DNA from: Planctomycetota bacterium | Lineage (GTDB): Bacteria > Planctomycetota > UBA11346 | DNA length: 17,757 nucleotides | NCBI GenBank assembly: GCA_038213805.1 | Contig: JBBQSO010000103.1 | Coordinates: forward strand, 1-17,757 | Direction of reading: 5' to 3' | Shown: positions 1 through 7,446 of the stretch, piece after piece | Layout of the letters: each line of letters opens with the position of its first letter | Numbering within the stretch: the stretch's first letter is position 1 | Translations under genes and position numbers: made by a program | The notes under the pieces: model-generated | Told to the model about the DNA's origin: nothing | The model's database searches: none | Seen by the model: the letters and a program-made list of their open reading frames with translations, nothing else

Positions 1-1
1 G

Positions 2-253
2 GGGAAGCCGACGAGCGTCGGCATCATGACGGGCGACGGCAACGGCGGCTCGCGCTACGGCTACGTTAGGCTCGGCGTGCAGGGCATCCCGTACGGCGCG
101 GTGCTGATGTGGATCGATACCAACAAGCGGCAGCTGGCCGACGAGATCACCGGTCCGGGCCACGTGTGGCTCGGGCCCTCGAGCGAACACACCGCGGAAT
201 CCAACTGCACCGGTGCGATCCGCGTGAAGATCATCCATCCGCCGGGCGACTGA
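2..253 (+). CDS. 3' end of a hypothetical protein (5'-partial); C-terminus weakly resembles a LecA/PA-IL-like beta-sandwich
   Basis: The frame is open from base 2 (GKPTSVGIMTGDG...) to TGA 251-253 with GC3-rich codons. GIPYGAVLMWI...GHVWLG...NCTGAIRVKII loosely follows the GALxxxI...GxxxL...NxGxxxVxI pattern of LecA-like domains. Confidence 0.6.
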   Translation, partial: GKPTSVGIMTGDGNGGSRYGYVRLGVQGIPYGAVLMWIDTNKRQLADEITGPGHVWLGPSSEHTAESNCTGAIRVKIIHPPGD

Positions 254-262
254 AGCGACGCA

Positions 263-1072
263 TCACCCACCAAGTAGCCGCCGGCGCAGCAGCATGGTCG
301 CCAGCGGCATGGTGACGGCGAGCAGCACGCCGCTGCTGAGCAGCATCCACAGCACGTGCAGGTCGGGTTCACCCAGGATTGCCAGCGCCCGGGCGCTCTC
401 GGCGAGGTGGTGCACCGGGTTGATGGCGAGCAGCAGGCGCACCAGCGGATGGCCCTCGGGCACCGGGAAGTAGGTGCTGCTCACCAGGCTGAGGGGGATG
501 GCGAGCAGGAAGGCCGGCAGGTTCATGTGGTCGATGCTGGGCAGGACCGCGGTGAAGGTCAGCGCAAAAGAGGCCATCGCGCAGCCCATCACGAACACCA
601 GTGGCAGCACCAGCGGCAGCAGCAGCGGGTGCGGCAGGTGCAGCACCCCACAGGCGTCGAGGGCGAGGATCACGGCCACCACCGCGCCAACGAACATCGT
701 GCCCATGGTGCCGCCCCACAGGATCTCGCCCGCCACCATGTGTGGCAGCTCGACCTGGGTGGCAAGCAGGCCGTCGTACAGGCGTTGGTAGTGCATGCGC
801 ACGTAGGCGCCCCACAGCGCGTGGAAAAACGGTGCGTTGAGCGCGGTGTAGGCGCACAGACCGGGGGCCAGGTAGGTGAGGTAGGGCAGCGTCTGGCCGT
901 GCCAGACCAGCGCGCCGATGAAGCCGCCCAGGCCGAGGCCGAAGGCGAGCATGGCGACCACCGGCTCCATCGCCGGCGGCATCATGCCGATGTACCAGGT
1001 GCGCAGGTAGACGCGCGCGTGGCGGCGCATCACCGCCCACGAGCGCCAATCGGCGAGGGCGAGCAGGATCAT
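263..1072 (-). CDS. ABC-2 type transporter permease (NodJ-like)
   Basis: About six hydrophobic segments; EPVVAMLAFGLGLG, YLTYLAPGL, YVRMHYQRLYDGLLAT, GEILWG, SSTYFP and NPVHHL motifs. ATG at 1072-1070 overlaps the ATPase stop (ATGA), so the ORF-track start at 1234 is too long. Confidence 0.9.
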   Translation of the reverse strand: MILLALADWRSWAVMRRHARVYLRTWYIGMMPPAMEPVVAMLAFGLGLGGFIGALVWHGQTLPYLTYLAPGLCAYTALNAPFFHALWGAYVRMHYQRLYDGLLATQVELPHMVAGEILWGGTMGTMFVGAVVAVILALDACGVLHLPHPLLLPLVLPLVFVMGCAMASFALTFTAVLPSIDHMNLPAFLLAIPLSLVSSTYFPVPEGHPLVRLLLAINPVHHLAESARALAILGEPDLHVLWMLLSSGVLLAVTMPLATMLLRRRLLGG

Positions 1073-2031
1073 GGCGCACGCCCCGCGTGCGCCGCCGCGC
1101 TGGCGGCGCCCTCGCCGTCGCGTGCGAGCTTGAGGAAGAGGTCGTCGAGGGTCGGCTCGCGCAGGCGCAGGGCCAGCGCGGGGAAGGCGGCGGCGAAGGC
1201 GGCGAGCTGCGCGGCGCGCAGCGGCAGGTGCCACTCATCCATGATCGGCGCCGGGGTCGAAGCCTTCGCGGCGCGCAGCCACGCCGCGATGCGCTCCTCC
1301 AGTACGGCGTCGCCAGCGGTGGCGTAGACCGCGACGTGCTCGCCCAGCACCGCGCCAAGCAGCGTGCGCGGTTGCCCGCGTGCGGTGATACGGCCCTCGG
1401 CGAGCACCAGCAGTTCGTCGCTCAGGCGCTCGGCCTCGTCCATGTAGTGGGTGGTCAGGATGATGCCCAGGCCCTCGCCGCGCAGGCGGTTGACCAGCTG
1501 CCACAGCGCCACGCGCGCCTGCGGGTCGAGACCAGTGGTGGGTTCGTCGAGGAACAGCACGCGCGGCCGGTGCACCACCGCGCGCGCGATCATCAGCCGG
1601 CGGCGGAAGCCGCCCGAGAGCTCTTCGGGGCGGTGGCCGGCGAAGGGGCGCAGGCCGAAGGTGTCGAGCAGCTCGTCGACGCGCGCGTGCAGGTCATCCA
1701 CTCGCGGCCGGAAATAGCCGGCGTAGCGCAGCAGATTCTCGGCGACCGGGAACTCCTGATCGAGGGTGTCCTCCTGGCTGCAGATGCCCAGCATGCGCTT
1801 GGTCGCGCTGCGCGCCGTGCTGAAATCCCGCCCGAAGTAGCTGATGGTGCCCGCGTCCGGGGCGATGAAGCCGCTGAGCATGCGCAGGGTGGTGGTCTTG
1901 CCGGCGCCGTTCGGCCCGAGCAGTCCCAGCACCATGCCCGCGCGCAGCTCGACCCCGACCCCGTCCACCACCCGCCGCCCAGCGAAATGCTTCACCAGAC
2001 CGGTGGCTTCGAGGAGCAGGTCGGACGCCAT
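1069..2031 (-). CDS. ABC transporter ATP-binding protein (NodI/DrrA-like)
   Basis: Walker A GPNGAGKTT, signature LSGGFRRRL, Walker B VLFLDEPTTGLDP, H-loop TTHYMDEAE and C-terminal REPTLDDLFL. Likely start MASDLLLEA at 2031. Confidence 0.93.
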   Translation of the reverse strand: MASDLLLEATGLVKHFAGRRVVDGVGVELRAGMVLGLLGPNGAGKTTTLRMLSGFIAPDAGTISYFGRDFSTARSATKRMLGICSQEDTLDQEFPVAENLLRYAGYFRPRVDDLHARVDELLDTFGLRPFAGHRPEELSGGFRRRLMIARAVVHRPRVLFLDEPTTGLDPQARVALWQLVNRLRGEGLGIILTTHYMDEAERLSDELLVLAEGRITARGQPRTLLGAVLGEHVAVYATAGDAVLEERIAAWLRAAKASTPAPIMDEWHLPLRAAQLAAFAAAFPALALRLREPTLDDLFLKLARDGEGAASAAAHAGRAP

Positions 2032-2227
2032 GGGCGGGAGGCTAGGGAGGGGGCGGCAGTGCGGAAGCCGGGAAGCCGGAAAGCGTCTCCCATGCATGCG
2101 TCCCATGCGCCCAGGAACATCTGGAAAGCGGCGGGGACGACCGCATCGTCCGTAGCGATATCCGGGCTCCCGTCCTGGGTGCCTCGACGCCTTCCGCCCG
2201 CCCCCGCCCCTGCCATCGGATCCGCGC

Positions 2228-4024
2228 ATGCCCATCGTCACCGCCAAGACCGCCCAGCCCGCATATGATGTCGTCATCGTCGGCTCTGGCGCCGGTGGCG
2301 GGCAGATGGCGATGACCCTGACCCTGGCCGGACTGAAATGCGTGATGCTCGAGGCCGGTCGCGCCTACGACCCGGCCACCGAGACGGCGATGTTCCAGCG
2401 CCCCGACCAGGCGCCGCTGCGCGGGGTCGGCACGCCCGAGAAGAATTTCGGCTTCTACGATGCCACCGTCGACGGCGGCTGGCAGGTGCCGAACGAGCCC
2501 TACACCCAGGGCAGCGACGACCCGGCGCGCAAGTTCTGGTGGTGGCGCGCGCGCATGCTTGGCGGCCGCACCAACCACTGGGGGCGCATCTCTCTGCGCA
2601 ACGGTCCCTATGACTTCAAGCCGCACAGCCGCGATGGGCTGGGCTTCGACTGGCCGATCGGTTACGAGGACGTCGAGCCGTACTACACCAAGGTCGAGCA
2701 ACTGATCGGCGTGTACGGCACCAACGAGGGCCGCGAGAACACTCCGGACTCGCCCGATGGCGTGCTGCTGCCTGCGCCCAAGGGGCGCGCGGCCGAGCTG
2801 CTGGTGCAGAAGCATGCGAAGACCGTGGGCGTGCCAGTGATGCCCATCCACCGCGCGGTGCTGACCAAGGCGCTCGACGCGGACACCATCCCTGCCAAAC
2901 TCTTCCCCGGCAACGAGTGGGCGCAGAAGATCGTCGCTGATTCGATGCGTCGGCGCGGCGCGTGCTTCTGGGCGACACCGTGTGGCCGCGGCTGCAGCAT
3001 CGGCGCCAATTACCAGAGCACGACCGTGCACCTGCCGCCGGCGCTGGCCACCGGCAACCTCGACATCCTGCCCAATGCCCACGCGCGCGAAGTGCTGCTG
3101 GGCGCCGACGGCAAGGCCAACGGCGTGCTGTTCGTCGACAAGACCACCGGCAACGAGGAGCGTGTGCGCGGGCGCATCGTCATCCTTGCGGCGAGCAGCG
3201 GCGAGACCGTGCGCATCCTGCTGAACTCCAAGAGCGCGTCCTTTCCCAACGGCCTGGCCAACAGCAGCGGCAAGGTCGGCAAGTACGTCATGGACACGGT
3301 CGGCACCAGTCTGGTCGGCCAGATCCCCAAACTCGAGAACGTGCCGTCACACAACGAGGACGGCGCCGGTGGCTCGCACTTCTACTCGCCGTGGTGGCTC
3401 TATAAGGAGCAGCTCGCCGGCAAGCTCGGCTTCGCACGCGGCTACCACATCGAGATGGGCGGCTCGCGCGACATGCCGGGCGGCTGGAACCCGCTGCCCG
3501 ACGACCTCGGCCAGGGCGCCTACGGCACCAAGTTCAAGGAGGCCGCGCGCCGTTACTACGGCTCATTCGTCTACCTCAGCTGCCGTGGCGAGATGATCCC
3601 GAACGAGGACTCCTTCGCGGAGCTCGACCCGGTGGTCAAGGATAAGTGGGGCACCCCGGTGATCCGCTGGAACTGGAAGTTCAGCGAGCACGAACTGCGC
3701 CAGGCGGACCACGCCCAGGATACCTTCACCGCGATCTTCGCGGCCATGGGCGGCACAGTCCGCCGCGCCAAGCCCAAGACCGGCACCGAGATCGAGCCCG
3801 GCGGCAAGATCATCCACGAGGTCGGCGGCGCGCTGATGGGCGCCGATGCGAAGCGCTCGGTGGTGAACGGCTGGAACCAGACCTGGGACGTGAAGAACCT
3901 GTTCCTGGTCGATGCTTCGCCGTTCCCGTCGAACTCCGACAAGAACCCGACCCTGACCATCATGGCGCTCGCCTGGCGCACCGGTGACTACATCGTCGAC
4001 CAGGCGAAGAAGGGGAATATCTGA
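2228..4024 (+). CDS. GMC-family FAD-dependent oxidoreductase, large subunit (sugar/glycoside dehydrogenase-like)
   Basis: YDVVIVGSGAGG dinucleotide-binding motif, LGGRTNHWGR flavin loop, CFWATPCGRGC cysteine cluster, and C-terminal His/Asn pair (IIHEVGG...KNPTLTIMALA). Confidence 0.93.
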   Translation: MPIVTAKTAQPAYDVVIVGSGAGGGQMAMTLTLAGLKCVMLEAGRAYDPATETAMFQRPDQAPLRGVGTPEKNFGFYDATVDGGWQVPNEPYTQGSDDPARKFWWWRARMLGGRTNHWGRISLRNGPYDFKPHSRDGLGFDWPIGYEDVEPYYTKVEQLIGVYGTNEGRENTPDSPDGVLLPAPKGRAAELLVQKHAKTVGVPVMPIHRAVLTKALDADTIPAKLFPGNEWAQKIVADSMRRRGACFWATPCGRGCSIGANYQSTTVHLPPALATGNLDILPNAHAREVLLGADGKANGVLFVDKTTGNEERVRGRIVILAASSGETVRILLNSKSASFPNGLANSSGKVGKYVMDTVGTSLVGQIPKLENVPSHNEDGAGGSHFYSPWWLYKEQLAGKLGFARGYHIEMGGSRDMPGGWNPLPDDLGQGAYGTKFKEAARRYYGSFVYLSCRGEMIPNEDSFAELDPVVKDKWGTPVIRWNWKFSEHELRQADHAQDTFTAIFAAMGGTVRRAKPKTGTEIEPGGKIIHEVGGALMGADAKRSVVNGWNQTWDVKNLFLVDASPFPSNSDKNPTLTIMALAWRTGDYIVDQAKKGNI

Positions 4025-4734
4025 TGCCCACTCACGAGCTGCCCGCGCCCTTCGATCCCGGCCTGCCCGAGCGCATGCCCGATCCCGCCATCCGCCTGCC
4101 GCGCCGCACCGTGCTCAAGTGGTTCGCCGCGGCGGCTGCGGCCAGCCAGGTGGCGGGCTGCCTCGACCGCTCCGGTCCCGGCGGCATGGCGCCGATCACC
4201 GCGCCGGGCTATGGCACCGATCCGCTGCTGACGCGCGTGTACAAGGCCGGCGACGCATGGCCGCTGACGCTGACCGAGGCCGAGCGCACGGCGAGCGTCG
4301 CACTCGCCGACTTCATCATGCCCGCCGACGCCTACGGCCCCGCGGCCTCGAAGCTGCGCGTGGTCGACTTCATCGACGAATGGGTCAGTGCGCCCTACCC
4401 CGGACAGATGAATGATCGCAAGATCATCGTCCCGGGCTTGGCCTGGCTCGAAAGCGAATCGCGCCGGCGCTACGGTGCCGCTTTCACCACTCTCGCCGCT
4501 GCCCAGATGGATGGCATCTGCGCCGACATCTGCTTCGAGAAGAACGCCACCGAGCCGTTCAAGGCCGGGGCGCGCTTCTTCTCGGTGTTCCGCGGACTCA
4601 CCGCTGGCGCCTACTATTCCACCCCCGCGGGCTGGAAGGCGATCGGGTACGAAGGCAACGTGCCACTGCCGAAGTTCGACGGTCCGCCGCCCGCGGTGCT
4701 GGCGATGCTTGAGGTCGAACAGACGGTCAAGTAA
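4024..4734 (+). CDS. Gluconate 2-dehydrogenase subunit 3 family protein (Tat-signal small subunit, possible lipoprotein)
   Basis: TGATG coupling to the GMC gene with an AAGGGGA SD; twin-arginine PRRTVLK, Ala-rich h-region and VAG-C; LADFIMP, VVDFIDEW and GAYYSTPAGWKAIGYEGN motifs. Alternative start at 4075. Confidence 0.88.
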   Translation: MPTHELPAPFDPGLPERMPDPAIRLPRRTVLKWFAAAAAASQVAGCLDRSGPGGMAPITAPGYGTDPLLTRVYKAGDAWPLTLTEAERTASVALADFIMPADAYGPAASKLRVVDFIDEWVSAPYPGQMNDRKIIVPGLAWLESESRRRYGAAFTTLAAAQMDGICADICFEKNATEPFKAGARFFSVFRGLTAGAYYSTPAGWKAIGYEGNVPLPKFDGPPPAVLAMLEVEQTVK

Positions 4735-4882
4735 GGCGCTGGCAGCTCCCATCTCTGCGAGATCTGCTCACAGCCGTGCGCAGTGCACGGTCCGCCGATC
4801 GCTCGAATCCATGCGCGACTCGGTGAGCCTCAGTACCGGTGCTGCGCAGGTCTGGTCGACCAATGCAGGTCGCGTCCCGGTT

Positions 4883-5098
4883 TCATCCATCCGGTCCAGG
4901 GGCGCGCGGGTGATGTTCGACCGGAACCACATCCCCTTGCTCCGTCTGGGATTGTGCCCCACTCGCCCCGTCGGCCAGGGCGCCATGAGCGTAAGCTTCG
5001 GCCTGTTCGCGGTTGCAGAAGATGTGCTGAGCGCCGCCATGCATGCGCACGTGCCAGCCGTCGGTATGCCGCTCGATGATGAAGGCCTCGGTAGCCAT
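4883..5098 (-). CDS. Small protein (71 aa), DUF2188-like
   Basis: Strong SD (CCAAGGAGACCGCC-ATG) before MATEAFIIERHTDGWHVRMHGGAQHIFCNREQAEAYA; the GWxV...FxxxxxAxxxA pattern resembles DUF2188. Divergent from the sigma gene. Confidence 0.65.
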   Translation of the reverse strand: MATEAFIIERHTDGWHVRMHGGAQHIFCNREQAEAYAHGALADGASGAQSQTEQGDVVPVEHHPRAPGPDG

Positions 5099-5214
5099 GG
5101 CGGTCTCCTTGGTGGTTGCAACCGGAGTGAGCACATGGCGATCCACATGACCGCGCGCCGCTCTGAATAAACACGGGCGCGGTCTCGACACTATGCTGGA
5201 GGGGCGAGGACGGC

Positions 5215-7446
5215 ATGGCACCCAGCGACCAGACGCTCCTCGACAAGTTCGCCAGCACCCGTGACGGGGGCTGCTTCGCGGAGCTGGTGCGTCGCCACAG
5301 CGGCATGGTCTATGGCGTCTGCCGGCGCGTGCTGCGCGATGGCGCGCTCGCCGAGGATGCGGCCCAGGAGACCTTCCTGCTGCTGATGCGCCAGCCGGCC
5401 GCGGTCAGCGAATCGGTGGCGGGTTGGCTGCACCGGGTCGCCCACCGCAAGGCTGTCGACCTGGTGCGGCGCGAGGTCGGCCACGCGCGCCGTGTGCAGC
5501 CGGTAGCGCCGGTCGGCGAGGACGAGCCGACCTGGGCGACGCTCAGTCCGCTGCTCGACGAGGCGCTGCAGGAGTTGCCAGAGGACCTGCGCCGCATCCT
5601 GGTCGGCCACTACCTGGAGGCGCGCGGTCAGCAGGAGCTGGCCGAGGAACTCGGCATCTCGCAGCCCACCGTCAGCCGGCGGTTGGCCGCTGGCGTGGCG
5701 CAGCTGCGCAGCCTGCTCATGGCCAAGGGCGTGGTCTCGGCGGTGTTGATCGCCAGCCTGCTCCACGGCTCCGTGTGCGCGGCGGCGCCCGCCACCCTGA
5801 CTGTGGAACTGGGCAAGATGGCGCTGGCCGGCCAGGCCGGATTGGGCCTGGGCGTGGCGAAGGTCGGCACGGCCGCGGCGAAGACCGGGCTCGTCGTCAA
5901 GGCGATGTGGCTGGCAGTGGCGGCGCTGGTGGTTCTCGCAAGCGCAGGCGCAGTGGTGCGCACATGGATCGGCCAGCGAATCGACTCCGCTACCGCGGCA
6001 GACTGGCGTTTCATCGCGCCCGGTCTGCCGGCGCAGGTCCCCGCACCCGCACCCGCGCCGCCCAGCGACGTCCTTGGCGAAGACGGACCTGCGCATCTGC
6101 TCGCGCTCACCCGCCTCGGCGGTGCGGGCGATGACGAGATCGTCGGCGTGGCGATCGCACCCGACTGGACGGTGCTGGTCGCCGGTAATGCCGCGCAGCC
6201 GGTGCCGGCGAGTGCGCCCGTCACGTCGATCGGTATTGCTTCGATCTCTATCGGGCGCAGCGGCTTCATCGCGCGCTACGCGCCTGATGGACGCACTCTG
6301 CTCAGCTGCGCGCGCGCTCCCGCTGGCGCGACCTTCACGTGCGTGCGCAGCGACGCGCGTGGCGACCTGCTGGTGGCCGGCCTCAGCGACGATGGCTGCG
6401 ATCTCGGCGGTGGTCCGGGGCGTGGCGGCTTCATCGCCAAGCTCAGCGTCGCCACCTGTCTACCGTTGTGGATCCTCTACCAGGACGGCATCGTCGACTA
6501 TGCGACCGCTGCGCAGGGCGATCTGCTGGTGCTGCGCGCGTCGCGATTGACGCGCTACGACAGCGCCACCGGCGCGGCGCGCTGGAGCGTAGGCTGGCCG
6601 GCGCGCGGTCCCGACCATCCCCAGGCGCTCGGTCTAGAGCCAAGTAGCGGCATCGCGGTGGTCGCGGGCGCAAGCGCGGGGGCGACCGGCGACGAGACCT
6701 TCATGGACCCCTACGCGCGCGCCTTTGCGCCTGACGGGCGACCGATCTGGACGCTGTGGGATGCCGAACCGGCGCGCGTGCGCAGCGGCGACGGCGGGCT
6801 GCACCTGACCGCCGAGGGTGCGGGCCAACGCATCGTCGCGGTCGATGGCGCGCTGCTGCTGGCGATGTCCAGCAGCGGCGGCAACAGCGTGCTCGCGCAT
6901 GATGTCCACGACCCGGCGCGCGCGCCCGCTGCGGAGTTGCTCGCGGACGTGCACCAGGCTGGGCCGGGCTTCGGCTTCCGCGGCGCCACGCCGGTGGCCA
7001 CGCTGCTGCTGGTCGAACCCGGCGCCGGTGCGGTCGCGAAGCAGACCTGGCTCAGCGCCTGGAGCGATCCCGCCCACGCCGGCGCCTGGGCGGTCGCGGA
7101 TGTCGCCGCCGACGCCGGCCGCATCTGCGCCGTCGGGCGCAGCGCGGCGGGCGGGCCAACGCGCGCCGCGTGGGTCGCGGCCGACGGCCAGCCGGGCGGC
7201 GCCATCGCGCTGTGCGATGCGCGCCTGCGGCTCCTGCAGGCCGGCACCTTTCCCGGTGCGCGCTGGACCTGTACCGCGCTGCGCGGTGGATTGCTGGTGG
7301 TCGGGGGCACGGTCAGCGCCGCAGCGGCACACACGCATCACGCGGTGCAGGCCGCGCCGGGCGGCGGCCAGGACGGCTACCTCGCGGTCTTCGCCATCGC
7401 TGCAGTCCCGTCGTCCACGAACCCTTCCGCCGGGACCTCGCCATGA
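5215..7446 (+). CDS. ECF sigma-70 factor with membrane anchor and long C-terminal beta-propeller-like extension (ECF57-like architecture)
   Basis: Region 2 (SDQTLLDKF..FAELVRRHSGMVYGVCRRVL..AEDAAQETFL..GWLHRVA), region 4 HTH (LPEDLR..QQELAEELGISQPTVSRRL), hydrophobic segments near 5728-5790 and 5899-5958, a Pro-rich linker, then an SBBP-like LGGAGDD...GGGQDGYLAVF domain. GGAGG/GAGGA SD upstream. Confidence 0.9.
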   Translation: MAPSDQTLLDKFASTRDGGCFAELVRRHSGMVYGVCRRVLRDGALAEDAAQETFLLLMRQPAAVSESVAGWLHRVAHRKAVDLVRREVGHARRVQPVAPVGEDEPTWATLSPLLDEALQELPEDLRRILVGHYLEARGQQELAEELGISQPTVSRRLAAGVAQLRSLLMAKGVVSAVLIASLLHGSVCAAAPATLTVELGKMALAGQAGLGLGVAKVGTAAAKTGLVVKAMWLAVAALVVLASAGAVVRTWIGQRIDSATAADWRFIAPGLPAQVPAPAPAPPSDVLGEDGPAHLLALTRLGGAGDDEIVGVAIAPDWTVLVAGNAAQPVPASAPVTSIGIASISIGRSGFIARYAPDGRTLLSCARAPAGATFTCVRSDARGDLLVAGLSDDGCDLGGGPGRGGFIAKLSVATCLPLWILYQDGIVDYATAAQGDLLVLRASRLTRYDSATGAARWSVGWPARGPDHPQALGLEPSSGIAVVAGASAGATGDETFMDPYARAFAPDGRPIWTLWDAEPARVRSGDGGLHLTAEGAGQRIVAVDGALLLAMSSSGGNSVLAHDVHDPARAPAAELLADVHQAGPGFGFRGATPVATLLLVEPGAGAVAKQTWLSAWSDPAHAGAWAVADVAADAGRICAVGRSAAGGPTRAAWVAADGQPGGAIALCDARLRLLQAGTFPGARWTCTALRGGLLVVGGTVSAAAAHTHHAVQAAPGGGQDGYLAVFAIAAVPSSTNPSAGTSP
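6115..6189 (+). repeat. Diverged direct repeat, copy 1 (start of the duplicated domain; copy 2 at 7605-7679)
   Basis: Hand count gives 59/75 identical nt and 20/25 identical aa (LGGAGDDEIVGVAIAPDWTVLVAGN vs LGGAGDDEVVAVGIAPDWSILVAGN). Confidence 0.9.

Noticed and set aside
263..2031. NodI/NodJ similarity as evidence of nodulation
   Set aside because: This ABC-2 subfamily is widespread and no nodABC-like genes are present, so no gene symbols were assigned.
2062..2151. Short repeats (GGAAGCCGG twice, TCCCATGC twice), a weak LacI-like GGAAAGCG site and a GGACGA/TCGTCC hairpin
   Set aside because: Too short or imperfect to distinguish from chance at this GC content; no cognate regulator in the window.
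4412..5306. Alternative ORFs across the 4735-5214 gap
   Set aside because: No SD or motifs; the 4883-5098 ORF explains the region better.
6040..6063. CCCGCA-type short tandem repeat
   Set aside because: It simply encodes the PAPAPAPP linker of the sigma protein.
7170..7442. N-terminal extension of the 604-aa ORF
   Set aside because: Arg-rich text overlapping the sigma gene; ATG 7443 gives ATGA coupling and a signal peptide.
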